From: Lama guanicoe
Taxonomy: Eukaryota
Direction of reading: 5' to 3'
Length of the DNA: 64,000 nt
Assembly: GCA_013239625.1 (NCBI GenBank)
Contig: MU053873.1
Span: 3,702,273 to 3,766,272 of the forward strand
The stretch's first letter is position 1, and the number at the start of each line of letters is the position of its first letter. Under the pieces are notes generated by a model. That model searched no databases. It had not been told where the DNA came from and saw nothing but the letters and a program-made list of their open reading frames with translations. Below, piece after piece: positions 38,941 through 53,047 of the stretch. The translations under genes were made by a program, and so were the position numbers.

Positions 38941-41827
38941 TGATGGGGGAACTGAGACTCAGAGCTGTTACATGACGTAATTCGACCCAGCGCACACAGC
39001 CAACTTGTAGCGGAGCTGGAATAGAACCAGAAATCCGGCTTACCTGGCTGTGCAGCTGGGAGAATGAAACAAAGGATTCGAGTCAAAGTCGTCACCCACT
39101 CTGACTTGCCCGTCTTCAGAACTCACCCTGGATGTCACCCTGTCTGCCCTCAACATCTCCCTGAGCTTTCAGCTGTGTCTGTTTGCAACTGTCAATCGAT
39201 GGGTGGGCAAAATACACATGTCAGACTTCACTTAGGCTAGCAAACCAGCCCCTCCTGCAGCTTCGCCATCTCAGTAATGGCAGCTCCCCCGTCCCAGATG
39301 CCAAGGTCGAAAGCCCTGGAGGCATGCTTGCCTCCTCACGGTCCTTCACACTCCAAGTCCAATCCGTAAGTAAATCTGGTCGGCTCGTCCTTCCTTCGAC
39401 CTTCAATATAGATCCAGAACCAAACACTCCTTGTCCCAGGACATCCCAAGGCATTAGCAGCCACCTGTAAAGTCCCCGATCCCAGTTCTCCTGCCGTGGC
39501 TGCCTATGGCTCTCCTGGGACCATCTGTGCTCCCCTGGCTGGAGCAGAGGGGAGGATTGACCAAACTCCAACCCTGGCTAGCCCCAGAAAACCGCTGGGG
39601 TATTTATTTGCCTCTTAAACTAATTCCTTGATATCACTTTGGGTTTAGGACCCAGAATCAGGAGCCCGATTCCTTGAGTTTGAGTCCTGGGTCCATCACT
39701 TGCTTCCTGAGGCTTCTCTTTGTCATCTGTAAAATGGGTACTACTCACCCTACCATGGAGCGGCTACAAGGGCTTAAACTGAGCGAGGCTCTGAAAGAGT
39801 TTAGAATGGAGCCTGATGGGTGCTCAAAAATTGTCAACTGCCATTAACAGTTAAATGCCACGCTGGAGGAGAAAATACTCAATCCCTTTCAAGTTTCCCC
39901 TAGGTGGATTCCAGCTGATTGGAGACCAGCCGGATGTGGTTTCGGGTTATAATGCCTCATTTAAGTTTCTGGGCACCTGGACGATCAGTGTGCTTTTCCC
40001 AGGTGACATTGAGCACATTATCTGGAGAACAAAACTCCTTTCAAGGTCAGAAACGCCCAGAGAGGCACTGGGGCAGCCAGAGAGAGGCCGAATCACGGGC
40101 CTCAGCCAGCTCAGGGCTCCCCAGCTTCCTGGCTGGAATTACAGCCCTCAGGATCCTGCCAGCTCCAAAGGAGAGGCTGATTTTGGTGTGGAGGGAAAAT
40201 ATTTCTCCTCCCTCACGGAGCTGCTTCTCACTTGCCGGCTAGCTGCCGTGAGGTTTTTCTAATCCTGGGAATAAAATGTGTCTCCTAACCCTCCCCTACC
40301 TGCGTGGGCTTAGCTCAGCCCCGCCCCCTGCAACACACCTGCATCTGACCCCCTAGAACCTGCACAGCAACCCCAGCCCCGTTTTCCAGACAGACGAGGT
40401 GCCCTCCCCAAGGTCATAGCGCTGGGAAGACCGGGATGTGGTTTATCTGCGTCTTTCTACCACATCACCCTGCTCAGCGATGGAACCTAACACTACCTGC
40501 CCCCCAGGACTTCTAATCTGCTTGTACAGATGGAGAAACTGAGGCCCAGAGCAATGGGGCAACTTGTCCCAGATCACACAGCTGGGAAGCGGTGGAGGGA
40601 CTGGCCGGCCTCCAAGCCCAGGATTTTGGCCACGTTTAGGGTGCTGGCTGGGCTTAGAGTTCCCAAAGGGAAAGCCAAGGTTGAAAAGCACTGGTCCTGA
40701 AAGGTCTTGTGTAGATGCCCTTGACTGTCTCAGCTGCTTCTGACACTGGGTGCCCTTGGGCTGGCTCAGTCCTTCTGGGCCACACTTCTGACCATCAGTG
40801 ACAACACTGGCAATGAACAAGCCACTTTCCTGCCTCAGCCTCCCCATCCAACCTCCATTAGTATTTAGGGAAGACCAGGCTTGAAATCAACTCTCTTTCT
40901 CATTAACATACATTTTAAGTTTAAAATGGATCACCAGTATCCTGCTAAAAACTAGAACAAAACCACTGCCACAAATAAAAGAAAATCCAGCCAAATTCCC
41001 CAAATCTCACAAGTCTCCATTGCCCGCGCAAGGCTCCCCGTCTTCTTAAAAGGGAAGATTGACAGATGGTTGGGAAGTGTTTAAGATCTAGCAGCTCCAA
41101 CAGAGACTTTCTCCTTGATGTAAAGAGGATTCAATGCGAATGAAAACTAAGTAACTCCTGGCATTCTATAATTTAGAGACGTTTAAGTCTGGGTCTGAGT
41201 GCCACGTGGACATCCCCCAAGGATCATTTCCAGCCCCACGAAAAATGACAAGATAGAAAACAGTGTCATTTACATATGTGAAAAATACACAGATACTAAA
41301 CAATATCTATTTTGCAAAAATACCTCCAAACCAAAACATACACGGTCAATAATTAAAACGGTCAGGGATTGGGAGGAGTTAGCTGATGGATAGTGGGTTG
41401 TTCAAAACACAGCATCCGTGTGATTTTGAAAAAGGTGCCCCCTCTGGATACAAGCAGACCTTTGGACAGTGCAAAGCTTGATGGGCAGAGCGAATGTATG
41501 AAGGAACAAATGAATGAGTGAATGCACCATGAAAGAGGGGGCTTGCCTGGACCCGTGATGATTATTTCCCATGAGGACTGGTTGTGTTTAAAGGTCTGTT
41601 TAAGCAGTAACATTTTTTTAAGATTTGGGGTCTCTGCTTGCAGGACTTGTTAGGGCAGCGCCCCCACCCCCACCCCAGTTAACACCTCCCGTTGCATCCC
41701 AGGTCGAAGCCGGGGTTGATGACCTGAAGGCAGGACCAGATCCCTGGCTGGTGGGGGAGGGAGACCTTCGCCAGCCCCTGTTTCTCTCCTTCCACTAATC
41801 TTGCCCTTTGACTCCCTAGGTCACTGA

Positions 41828-42145
<318 letters not shown>

Positions 42146-42702
42146 TAACTCTGTAGGTGTGGGGTGGGGTCTGGCTATCTGCATTTTAGCAAACACCCCA
42201 GATGATTCTGAAGGCAGCTACCAGCCAGTCCAGCGCCTTTGTACAAATTAGGAAAAGGGTGTCCTTTCTTCGGTACACTGTACTGCCATCTGCTGGAAGA
42301 TTGCTGTAATCAATATGCAAACCTGTGAGGACTCCCAAATGCGGCTCCTCCAGTTGTGCAGTGCACAACATACACACACCTACCTGGTCATCCTTTAAGC
42401 ACTGCTAGGTCTGAAACTCCAGCTAAGGTGTTGAAGGTCTCTGTTGTGCTGCAAATCGCCAGATTCAACACTGGGGACAATGGGTGGGGACTGCCAGATT
42501 ACACAGCCTTCAAAATGGATGATTTCAAAGGTGCCTCCCTTGGTGCACCTGCCATACAGCAGGTCCTCAATAAAGGGAGGGGTTGGCGGTAATAGACTGA
42601 GACCTTCATTCTGTCTTTACCTTTTAATTAGCTGTGTGCCCTGAGGCAAATGACCCAACTCCTTGTACCTCCATTTGTTTATGTGTAAAACAGGGGTGAT
42701 AA

Positions 42703-42969
<267 letters not shown>

Positions 42970-43399
42970 TAGGAAGTGTTTCAGACCTGTTTGTGGAATG
43001 AATGAGTGGGTGGATGAATGAGTCTGTAAACAGAATCTTGACTGCTGGTGGAAACTCAGAGATTGCAGACTATTCCTGGTCCTTTAACAAGCCAGAAATT
43101 GGGGGTAGAGGATAGCATTGTTAACATTACCCTCTCCTGCCCTCAGCCAAACCCAGTCCTAACAGTCTATCCCCTTTGTTTCTCTCCTATCCATTCACTT
43201 TGCATCATTTTTACTGGAAACACCATATACAGTAGGGTAGGTTGTGTACTGCACAAGGGAGTCCAGCTGAGGGCTGAGAGCTGCTGAAATCTAGCCTATG
43301 CTCCACTTGCTAAGCTGTGAAACTGCAGCGCTACATCTGCCCAGAAGGGTTGCTTTTCTCCAGTTCACACATGGGCTTTGGAGGATCTAGCTCAGGTCT

Positions 43400-44060
43400 T
43401 GATTGTAACCCTCATCCAATTAATTCTCCACCATCTCTCACCTGGATCAGAGGTGACCGCTTCACGGGTCTCCCTGCTGCCACCCTTGCCTGCTACAGTC
43501 TGCCACACCCTGGCCAAATGGGTCCTGTTAAAACTGAAATCAGATCACGCCACCCACATTGGCTTATCCACATTCCTATGACTTCCTGTTACCAATGAGG
43601 CTCTGCTGATTAAACCCGCATTCCCTCACCAACGTCATCTCTCGCCTTCTCTGCCAGGCTCAGTGTGCTCCAGCCACACTGGCTTGCATTCTGCTGCTCA
43701 TACACGCCAAGCTTGTTCCCTCTGCCTGGAATTCTTTCTCTACAGATCTTCACGTCTTGCCCCTCCCACTTCATTAAGGGCTCTGCTCAAATATCACAGT
43801 CGTTGTGAGGTCTTCCATGACCTCGAGGTAAGGGAGCTTCCTTCCCCTTAGGGTCTCCTTTTTCTTAACTTTGCTTTGTATTTTTCATGGCACTTACCTG
43901 AAATATCTTATCTGCCTCCTTGATTATTACGCCTCTCTTTCCACTAGAACGTCAGCTCCATGAGGGCAAGGATGCGTCTGCCTTGCTAGCATCCAGCACC
44001 TAACACAGTGCTTTATACATAATAGATGCTCCCTCAATATTTGTTGTATCAATGGATGGG
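43400..44060 (+). mobile_element. L2 fragment in LHFPL7 intron 2
   Basis: tgctccagccacactggc, ttccctctgcctggaat, ctagaacgtcagctccatgagggcaagg, aatatttgttg. Confidence 0.7.
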
Positions 44061-44479
44061 GATACAGTCTTTGTTCTAAGCTAGCACAGTGTCCAGTAGG
44101 AGTGGGTGCATCAGGCAGTTACAACTCGATGGATATTTGACATGGCAGGGATGAGCACAGGATGCGAGGAAAAACTCCTAGAGGTAGATACAATGTGTGG
44201 AGGGTGTTAAGGAGGGCTTCCTGGAGGAGGCACCACTGAGCTGAGTCCGGAAGACTCAGTGGGGATTAGCCAAATGCAAAGGGCATTTCAGGTAATGGGA
44301 AGATCGGGGCAAAGGCATGGAGACAAGAGAGCAAGTCTTGTGCAGGGAACTTCAAGTGGACTGGTGTGGCTGAAGGGAGGCTGGGGGTGGGGTGTCACAT
44401 GATTCTCCTGCACTGGGAGTGCCTTGAAGATGAGGAAGTGTCTCAGTATCGTTAGTGCCTCCCACTGTGCCTCAGTTTT

Positions 44480-44880
44480 TGATGAATGAATGGAGGATGG
44501 ATGGGATGGATGGGTTGGTGAATGAATGAAGCAGTGGTGTGGGTAAGTAGGTGAATGAACTGATACATTAGTAGAGGGTGGAAGAATGGATAGATGGATG
44601 GAGGGATGGGGAAAATGGGTAGACTGGAATATGGATGGATGGATAGATGATGGATGGATGGATGGAAGGACTGGAGGTGGGGCAGGTGGCTAAGTGGGTG
44701 GTTGGATAGATGAATGGGTGAGTGAATGGCTAGGTAGACAGAAAAATGAAGACAATGAGTGGCTTAGAATATGGTTGAATGGATGGGTGAGTAGATGAAC
44801 AGATGGGTGGAAGGCTAGTTGAGTGATAGGTGGATAAAAGGAGAGATAAGACAATAAATAAGTGAGTGGATGGATAGATG
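44480..44880. repeat. Degenerate (GGAT/GAAT)n low-complexity tract
   Basis: Repeated tggatgga/tgaatgaa units; continues briefly after the LTR at about 45382-45412. Confidence 0.8.
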
Positions 44881-45381
44881 TGTTGCCGGAGAAGGAAATA
44901 TCATATTCCAGGACCTGTGCGAGTACCTGGGATGGACCATCACATGAGGGTCCTTAGCTGCACACAAGACGGAGCCAAACTAAAGTGCAAGCAAGTTTAT
45001 TTGGCGAGATACACACTCCAGAGGCAGAGTGCCGGCCTTCTCGGAGAGTGAGAGTGGCCTCAGGGCACAGGGTGGTCGGCTTCCACGGGCCGAGCAATTC
45101 CACGTGCTAGTGAGTGGGAGAAATACTCTTGCTCTTTCGGGGAAGGGTGGAGATTTCCAGGGATTGGGCCACTGCCCACTTTTTGGTGTTTTATGGTCTG
45201 CCTCGGCACTGGCGTGGCTTAAGGGGGAGTGATTTTCAGTATTATAATGAAGGCGTAATGAACTAAAGGTCAGTGACTGGACTCTTCTCAGTGCCAGTTC
45301 TAGCCGGTTCCAGCCTGTTCTTATTGCCCCTTAACAGCTGCACCTCTTGTCCATTTCTCTGCCTCTTTCCCTCCCGTCTCA
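44881..45381 (-). mobile_element. Solo ERV1-like LTR, antisense in LHFPL7 intron 2
   Basis: Minus strand runs TGAGACGGGAGG...CCGGCAACA (TG...CA termini); minus-strand AATAAA at about 44996-45001; 4-bp TSD-like flanks gatg/gctg. Confidence 0.75.
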
Positions 45382-45433
45382 GCTGGGTGGGTGGGTGGGT
45401 CCCGGGATGGACGGCCAGCCCAGAGCCCCCTGA

Positions 45434-45731
<298 letters not shown>

Positions 45732-45789
45732 AATATCCCAGGAGAAGCAAAAAAGAGCCCACGCTAGAATTGTATGAAATCACTATGCA

Positions 45790-45995
45790 CCCAGATTCAA
45801 ATCCCACCTCTGCTGCTTCCTTGCTGTGTGACCTCAGGCCAGACACTTCACCTCTCTGGACCTCAGGGGATGCTTCTGTGAAGTGGAGGGTGAAATACCT
45901 TGTAGGGTTGTTAGGAAAATTAACTTGAGATGCTGTATATATTGTATGTATGTATTGTAGCACATAGCATTCAATAAACTTTAGTTACTATTATT
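45790..45995 (+). mobile_element. MIR forming most of the likely LHFPL7 3'UTR
   Basis: MIR core gattcaaatcccacctctgct...gctgtgtgacctcaggc...cttcacctctctggacctcag. Many other MIR fragments occur in the window (e.g. about 960, 3450, 4300, 14520, 15700, 21300, 24100, 25280, 27580, 47100). Confidence 0.75.
45973..45978 (+). promoter_or_regulatory. Alternative LHFPL7 AATAAA inside a MIR element
   Basis: cattcAATAAActttagttactattattg at the MIR 3' end, about 245 nt after the stop. Confidence 0.45.
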
Positions 45996-48900
45996 GTAAT
46001 CCCTACCTCACAGGACTGTGGTGAGAATGATATCTATTAATGAAGAGTGCCTAGAGGCAATTCTGAGTCCATGGTCTTCACTCAAATACTACCTCTTTTA
46101 ATGGGTATGTGTACATTCTCTCTCTTCCCTCCCTTTTAAAAACTCCTCTTCTCTTGGAGAATTTGAAAATTACTCATTTTCCCATCAAACATTTTGTGGG
46201 TACCCATTATAGATAAGAGTTGGTCCTGCGTTGGGGTGGGGAGGGGAGGACAGGCGTTAAGGACTTGTCTCAACCCTCCACGCATATAGTTCCACTGATG
46301 TGGAAAGTTCACTGTTAACTTGGGGCACATGAGGTGCCCCACAATCCAGTCCCAACCTCTCTCTCTCAGCTTCTTTCTTGTCACCCAATGAGCCCTGCAC
46401 CTCTCCCTCCAGCCACACCGAGTCCTGAGCCCACAGTGGGTCTCTTCACAGCTCTACCCCTTTTGCACACATTGCTTTCTCTGCCAGGGATGTTGGATTC
46501 AGTCTGTGGCTTTTGCCTATCACGGCCCATTCTTTGGGGAAAGCACCCTGATCTCCCCTTGGGAAATGACCCTCGGCAACTCTCTGACGGCCTCAGGCTT
46601 TATGATGGACAAATGAGTCCTTCTAGCCAACCAAGCCTGGTCAGACAGGTTGGGTCAGAGATAGGCATGGAACCTACATGAGATGGCATAGTTGAGTGGA
46701 GCCATGAGATGGAAAGAGATGGAGGTCTGTGGGCTTCATTTGAATACCTGGATCCAGCCATGCCTGCTTCCCTACCTGCAGGAGACATGGGCACAGGCAG
46801 CTCCAGGCCAGCATCCCTCTAGCTTGACTGTTCCAGAAGAATGAGTGAACCGCTCTCTTCCCAAGGAAGGAATCTGATTGGCCAGGATGGGGTCATGTGA
46901 CAACTCCTAGAGGGGAGGGGCATTTCAGTAATCTCACTAGAACGCATGGTTACATTAAAATGTAGGAGATACAGTTCCCCAGAAGATGGGAGAAGTTGCT
47001 GGTCCTACAATGGGGCAAGGATGCTGGGCAAGCAAAAACATTCAATGTCCAACTCTCCCTTTAAGGGAAGATTTATCATCCCCATTTCACAAAAGTACAA
47101 ACTCAGAGAGGTAAAGTCACTTGCCCAAGGCTGCACAGCTGATCAGTGACAGAGCTGGGATTTGAATACAAGTCTGTCAGACTCTGATGGAGGCAAAATA
47201 ACACCTGGAGTTATCATCTCTGCCCCGACCCAGCTCATCAAACTCTTTTGGCTTTAAATGTTCAACCAAGAATATCCATAAACAACACTATGTGATTAGG
47301 GCAATTCTAGTCTTTGGAAAACACACAGACCACAGAGAATGCAGGTTGCATTCATCTGTCAGAAAAAAAACAAGGACAACTTGACAGCTTTTTGAAAAAA
47401 TTAATAGAATAACAGAAAACCCAGGAAGTCATCACATGATGTTTAAATCGATTCGGAGACCAGCGGTGGATTTCGAGTGTCATCAGGAACACTTTGATGT
47501 GAATCAGGCTTGTGTGGGAAGATTCCTGGAGCCCCAAGCAGCGTCGCAGTGCCAAAGGCAGCAAGAAGATGCCACGAAGGAGAAGCCCAAACTCAGCTTC
47601 AGATCACCCACCTGTGCTCAGGATGAGCCGTCTCCTCTCTGTGATAACCTTACGATGGCCCCAAGTCCCCTAATTTTCTCTTTGAGCAGTTTCAGCAATG
47701 CCGAAGGGGGCAATTCTGCAGCGTGTAAAGCAGAAGCATTTACAGAGACGCTGTCTTTATTTGCCAAGAGACAGAGAAATCTGTCTGCCTGATTTTCTCT
47801 TCATCACAAGAGGCGTTTGTTTTTCACAAGGAGCCCTGCGCCTACCAAGGCTGGAAACCACTGTGCCTGTGAGTCTGAATCAAGAAAGCTCGGAAGATGC
47901 TGGAAGATTCCTGCATAACACCCTGATGTAATGGAAAGTCCCCAGGGAACTGCATGGTTCTGTGCGTCATTCGCATTCTCCTAAGGTTGACTTAGCAAGG
48001 GACTGGCAAGGTGGCACTTCAAAAAGGATCAAACTGTGCTCCTCTAGAGTCATTACCTGTCCTAGGCTCAAGCTCTCAATGTGCCCCGTGCCTTGAAAGC
48101 CAGCAGCAGAGAGATCCGAGAGCCCTTTCCTGGCTCAGTAGAATCTGACGCAAACTGCGGAGTCAGTGTGGGATTTGCTTCTGCCAGGAAGTGATGGTCC
48201 CACTGCCCCAATCTCCAGTTGCCCCATCACAGCCCAAGAGGGCTCAGAGCTCATCCCTTCCCCAGTTCTCCTCCAGCAGCCACAGTCTCTCAGGTTTCAG
48301 AGACTGCCCTGAGAACCTGAGCCAGGCAGATGACGGGAACTCGGGGAAACTGAGATCCCAACCAGGAAACCATCCTCGGGGATGTTAGGGACAGAGGGTC
48401 CCAGTGAAAGAGAGGAGCCAGGACTGAATCCAGACCCAAGGGAGGCATTATTATTCCCAGTTCACAGAAATGAAGACTAAGGCTCAGAGAGGTAAAGTTA
48501 CTTGCCTAAGGCCACACAGCCAAGAAGTGACAGATTTGGGATCCCAAGTCATTGCTCCCCAAACAAGTGGACAAGAGACAGAGGTGATGATTTTAGTTGG
48601 CGCAGCGAGCAAATCATTCCCATTTCAGTTCTCCTTTAAGTCCTCCAAGAAGAGAGGCTTATCTGGGGCTAGCATGTCTTTAGTGCCTCTCCAGCCCTCA
48701 TGACTTCTTAACAGCGAGCCAGAGAGCAGGCTTCAGAAAGCCTTTGGTGGGAAATAGTATTTTGGCAAGATAATAATATTGATTTTTACAACTATCTTCT
48801 GTTCATGCAAATGATCCTGACTTTCCATCAGTTTGAAGTTTAAAAGGTGAGTTGATTTAAGGAAAACTAGTAAATACTTTACTAGTGGTACACAGATACG

Positions 48901-49343
48901 GTCCAAATCATAAAGGTGGACTGCAGGTGACTGGAGCTTCGGGGATGCTGTTGTAAAACTTGAGGAGAAGACTCATTGAGTGATGGGTCTACCATCTCTC
49001 AAACTCGAGCCATCTGTTGAAAAGGAAAGCTCTTCCCTCCCACAAGCCAAATGGGAAGCTCCAGGTGAAAAGAAAATGGAGCGTGGTTTAGAAGAGAGAT
49101 GGTCGAGCAGCCAGAGGACCTTCACACCCCAGCGTCATTCTAAACAGGAACAGCATCATTCAAGGAGAACACGGGTACACAGACAAATACTCGTGGCTAC
49201 AAGGAAAGGAAGCAGAAGGGGGAGAGAGAGAGGAAGGAGGAGAGGAGTAGGAGGGGCGGGGGAAGGAGGAGATAAAGAAGTGGAGGGAAAGAGGGAGGAG
49301 GAAGAAGAAAAAGATGGGAGGAGTCTACCGGGACAGTTTTGCG

Positions 49344-49344
<1 letters not shown>

Positions 49345-49377
<33 letters not shown>
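49345..49377. repeat. (CA)n microsatellite
   Basis: Perfect CA run following a polypurine tract. Confidence 0.95.
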
Positions 49378-49380
<3 letters not shown>

Positions 49381-50254
49381 GAGATACACCCCTTCTCCAG
49401 CCTTGCGCTGAGTCCTGAAAATGTGTCCAGTGGCCCGAGACTCATTTTCTCACAACTATGCAAAGTGCAAAAGCACATATTTAGGAAAGTTTTTACAAAC
49501 GCAAAAATATTCTCTTAGGATTTTTTTTCCCCTATAAACTCTATCGTCCATCACCATAAGTCAATAGTGCATGTAGGTGCCTGTTTGTACACTCGGTACC
49601 CACGTCTGGCAAGGCCAGGCAGCTGCAAACAGAGTGGTGCCTTCCCAGAGGAGAGCCAGTGTACCAAGTTGTGGGTGGAGCTGGGGAAATGAGACCAGTG
49701 GCTTCAAAGGATGGTCAGGATATCGGGACCAAGCTTTGCTCTCAGAAGTTTCCCCCAGAAAGCAGCAGCCCCACCTGCCCACTGCTGTGTGGCTTCAGAC
49801 TTACCTCCGCTAGGAATCTTCCAAAAAAGTGGTGACTGGGCTCCCCCCGGCTGCCCATGCCACCCGAAACTCCTCCTCTACTTTGCTGGCTTATTTGGAA
49901 ACTAACTGTTTCTATATAAAACCTGAAATCCTGATGGGTGCACTTTAGATTAAATCAAGCATTGCTTCTGCAGCAGAAAATCGTAAGTTTCCCTTGACCC
50001 ACGGTCAGAGGTTGCTGGGGTGGAGACCCACGCAAGGTCTCCATTGCCCAAGGACTATGGTTCAGAACAGCGGCCATGAGTGGGCATTGTGGATGCTGTC
50101 AAGATAAGCTGATGGTCCGTGGGAACATTAGGGGTGACAAAGGAGCTACCCCAGCAGTGGGGACACACTTGAGGCATCAACTTAGAAGGATGCTCTTGAG
50201 TCCAGTGGCTGGCCATCTAGGGACCCCTCTTGTGCATGGACCTTGGGGTACACG

Positions 50255-50793
50255 GTAGACTGTTTGCGTTAATGGCCTCAGTTATTTCCCTGCCTATATT
50301 GATAACCCTTTTCAATGTCACTTTTCAAAGCCTCCCATCAACTGGTGGAGTCTACTTCTTCATCCTTTGAACCTGAGCTCACCATATGATGTACTGTGAC
50401 CAACAGAATATGGTAGAAATGACTTTATGCCAATTCCAAGCCCAGTTCTCAAGAGGCACAGGACACTTTTGCTTGCTTTCTTAGAAACTGCCATCATGAC
50501 CTTGTAAATGAGCCTGAGCTAGCCTACTGGAAGATGAGACATACACTGCCCAGTTACTCCCACTGTCCTAGCCAACAGTCAGCCAACTGTCAAAAGCAAG
50601 AGTTGCCTGGCTGGCCATCAGCTGACCACAGACACATGAAGAAGTCCAGCCATGATCAGAAGAACCTCCCAGCTGAACCCAGCCCATATTGTTGACCCAC
50701 AGAATCACAAGCTAAATAAATGGCTGTTTTAAGCCACTAAAGCTTAGGAGGGGTTTGTTACGCAGCATGACTTACGTATCAACTAACTGATAC
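50255..50793 (+). mobile_element. MaLR LTR (MLT1F/G-like)
   Basis: ggtggagtcta, gaccaacagaatatggtagaaatgac, ttttaagccactaa...tttgttacgcagca...aactgataca. Confidence 0.8.
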
Positions 50794-50914
50794 AAAAGAT
50801 GACATGTGATTGACCAGCCTTGAACTTCCTGGGGAAAAGCCAGTCAGCTATCAAGAATCTGTCCATCTCTGGGTCTGGGTCACTGGGGTGGAGGGCGTGG
50901 CATGGGGTGCAAGG

Positions 50915-53047
50915 ACACGATCTTCAGAAGTGAACATTTCTTTCTTTCAAATTAAAAAAAAAATCCCCAAATACAGAAACAAAAAATAACCCAGGTTTAC
51001 ACATTTCTGTTTATATATATATATTTTCTCTCTATATAGACATGACTTCTCAGTAAACAGTTACAAGATATGTTGGCAACACTGAGAACAAGAAGGCGCT
51101 CCATAGATGGAACGACTCCCACGTGTTTGATGCTGGGACACAAGGACACACACGACGCACAGAGACCCAAATAAACACACTAAGCAGAATAAATATGAAT
51201 TATTCCAAGTCACAACCACGATGCTCTCTGGAACACCACGAGACAAGGCAGAGAAAAGATCTTGTGCTGTACTTTTCAGACTGGTCTGTTAAAAAATAAA
51301 TTAAGAATCAGAAGGTCCTGGGTCTTGCTAAAATAATGTCCTCTGTAGTGAACAGCTGAGTGGCAAAATAAACTTTTATCTGGACAGGACTTTCATACAT
51401 TTTTCTCCCATCTTGGGAAGCTGGGGGACCACGGCGAGGAGATGCAACTCTCAAGGAACATCTAGTCTCTTCCATTCTGTCCAAGAGACCCCACTTGGAC
51501 GGAAGTTGGGGGTTTGGATGCAGTGGAAGGCGCTGGGTCGGAGGGAAGAGCCTTCACAAGCACGCCGGGCAGGGATCACTCCCCTTCCAGGTTTGCTCAG
51601 GGCTGGAGGACAAACGCACCCCTTCTGCGCGTGCTTCAGTACGCTTTCCCAGTCTCCTCCCCTCTCCAGAATCCTACCTGGTGCCCTTCGGATGAGCATC
51701 CATCCCTGACTCTCCTGTTTCTCCTGATTCTAGTGCAGCCTCAGAACAGAAGGGCTGGCAGCCCTGCTCTCCTGCGAGGGCAGGTCGGCAGGGTAGATTA
51801 GCTCACTTACGGTCTGTCTGGGGATGGGCAACCCTTTGTGTGAAGACGTGGAGGTGACCATTTCCCGGCTTAGCCGTGACTCTGGTACCAGTTCATCAGC
51901 TGATGCTTCTTTCCCAAGGAAGACCCCCACCACCACGCCCACCCTGGCCAGACTCTGTCCTTTGTCCTGAGTGAGCAAGGGCACTTGGGGGAAAGTCAGC
52001 CTCCCTGAACAAGTGGTTTGCACCAACACACACCTTCCAAGCTTTTGGAACACCAGACCCAATGTGTGGACGGAGAGACGAGGTCCTCCCTAGGAAGACA
52101 GGAAGGCAGTGTGGACTCTGCCCTGCCTGGCGGAGGGGGCGGAGTTGGGACAGGACTCCAAAGAAGCCAATCTCCCGCCTACTGACACTTCTCACAGGCA
52201 GACATCCTTTTTGAAAAGAAGAAGTCTCTTCCGGGCCAGGTGGAGGAGAGAAAATGAGAGAATACAATAATTGGAATTCCAGACCCCAGGCGAGATGAGT
52301 AAAGGACCCCCACGTGCCTTTGCTAAATGCGAGGAATCAGGATACAGGCAGCTCAGGTACAAAGCAAGTGGGGAGGGAGATTCACTGGGAACCTCGAGGC
52401 CAGCTGTTCTCAAATGGGGCTGGCACCATCTGGAGGTGTTCTGGCTTGTCACAAAGGGGTGGGGAGGAGTGTGCTACTGGCATCCAGCAGGTAGAGGCCA
52501 GGGATGCTGCTAAAAATCCAACGGTGCCCAAGGGCGGCATTCCCCTCCAAAAAAGAATTACCCAGCCCAAATGTCAACAGTGCTCTGCTCCAACTCAACC
52601 TGCCAGCCATGTTCTGGAACATCTCCACAGGCACCTTCCGACTACAGAGGTAGCCCCGCAGACCTCTCCTACCCCCGTTTCCAAAAAAATTCCCTCCCTA
52701 AGTCTCATCCGACAAGACAATGTGGAGGGATGGGAGAGAGAAGAGAGACAATTCTGGGGACCACGAACGAAGATGTTCCCTTGGTCCACCAACAACCGCC
52801 AACTCCCACAGAAGAGAAATCCCAGACTTGGGCGATCTTTGGTCAAACAGGAAAACGTAAGGCTGAACTGAAGGGGCAACCCCTCGACCCCACCTGTCCG
52901 GTGGCTAAAGCTGGGGTACTCTCTCTTTGCTCAGAAGTAAATGCTCATGAACAGACACCAGGACCTCCGCTCCCCGGTGGCCGGGAGGAGAAGCGGGTGG
53001 GACAGGCGGGCGGCGGCTCGGCTGATGGTGCCTGGGTGACGTGGCCC
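50915..53047 (-). other. SGSM1: Probable SGSM1 3'UTR (about 2.1 kb)
   Basis: Follows the stop codon; mostly unique sequence with a U-rich terminal segment on the minus strand at about 50950-51060, ending just before an MLT1 LTR. The 3' end is inferred. Confidence 0.55.
52401..52585 (+). mobile_element. MER20 hAT transposon in the SGSM1 3'UTR
   Basis: tgctactggcatccagcaggtagaggccagggatgctgctaaaaatcc...aagaattacccagcccaaatgtcaacagtgc. Confidence 0.85.
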
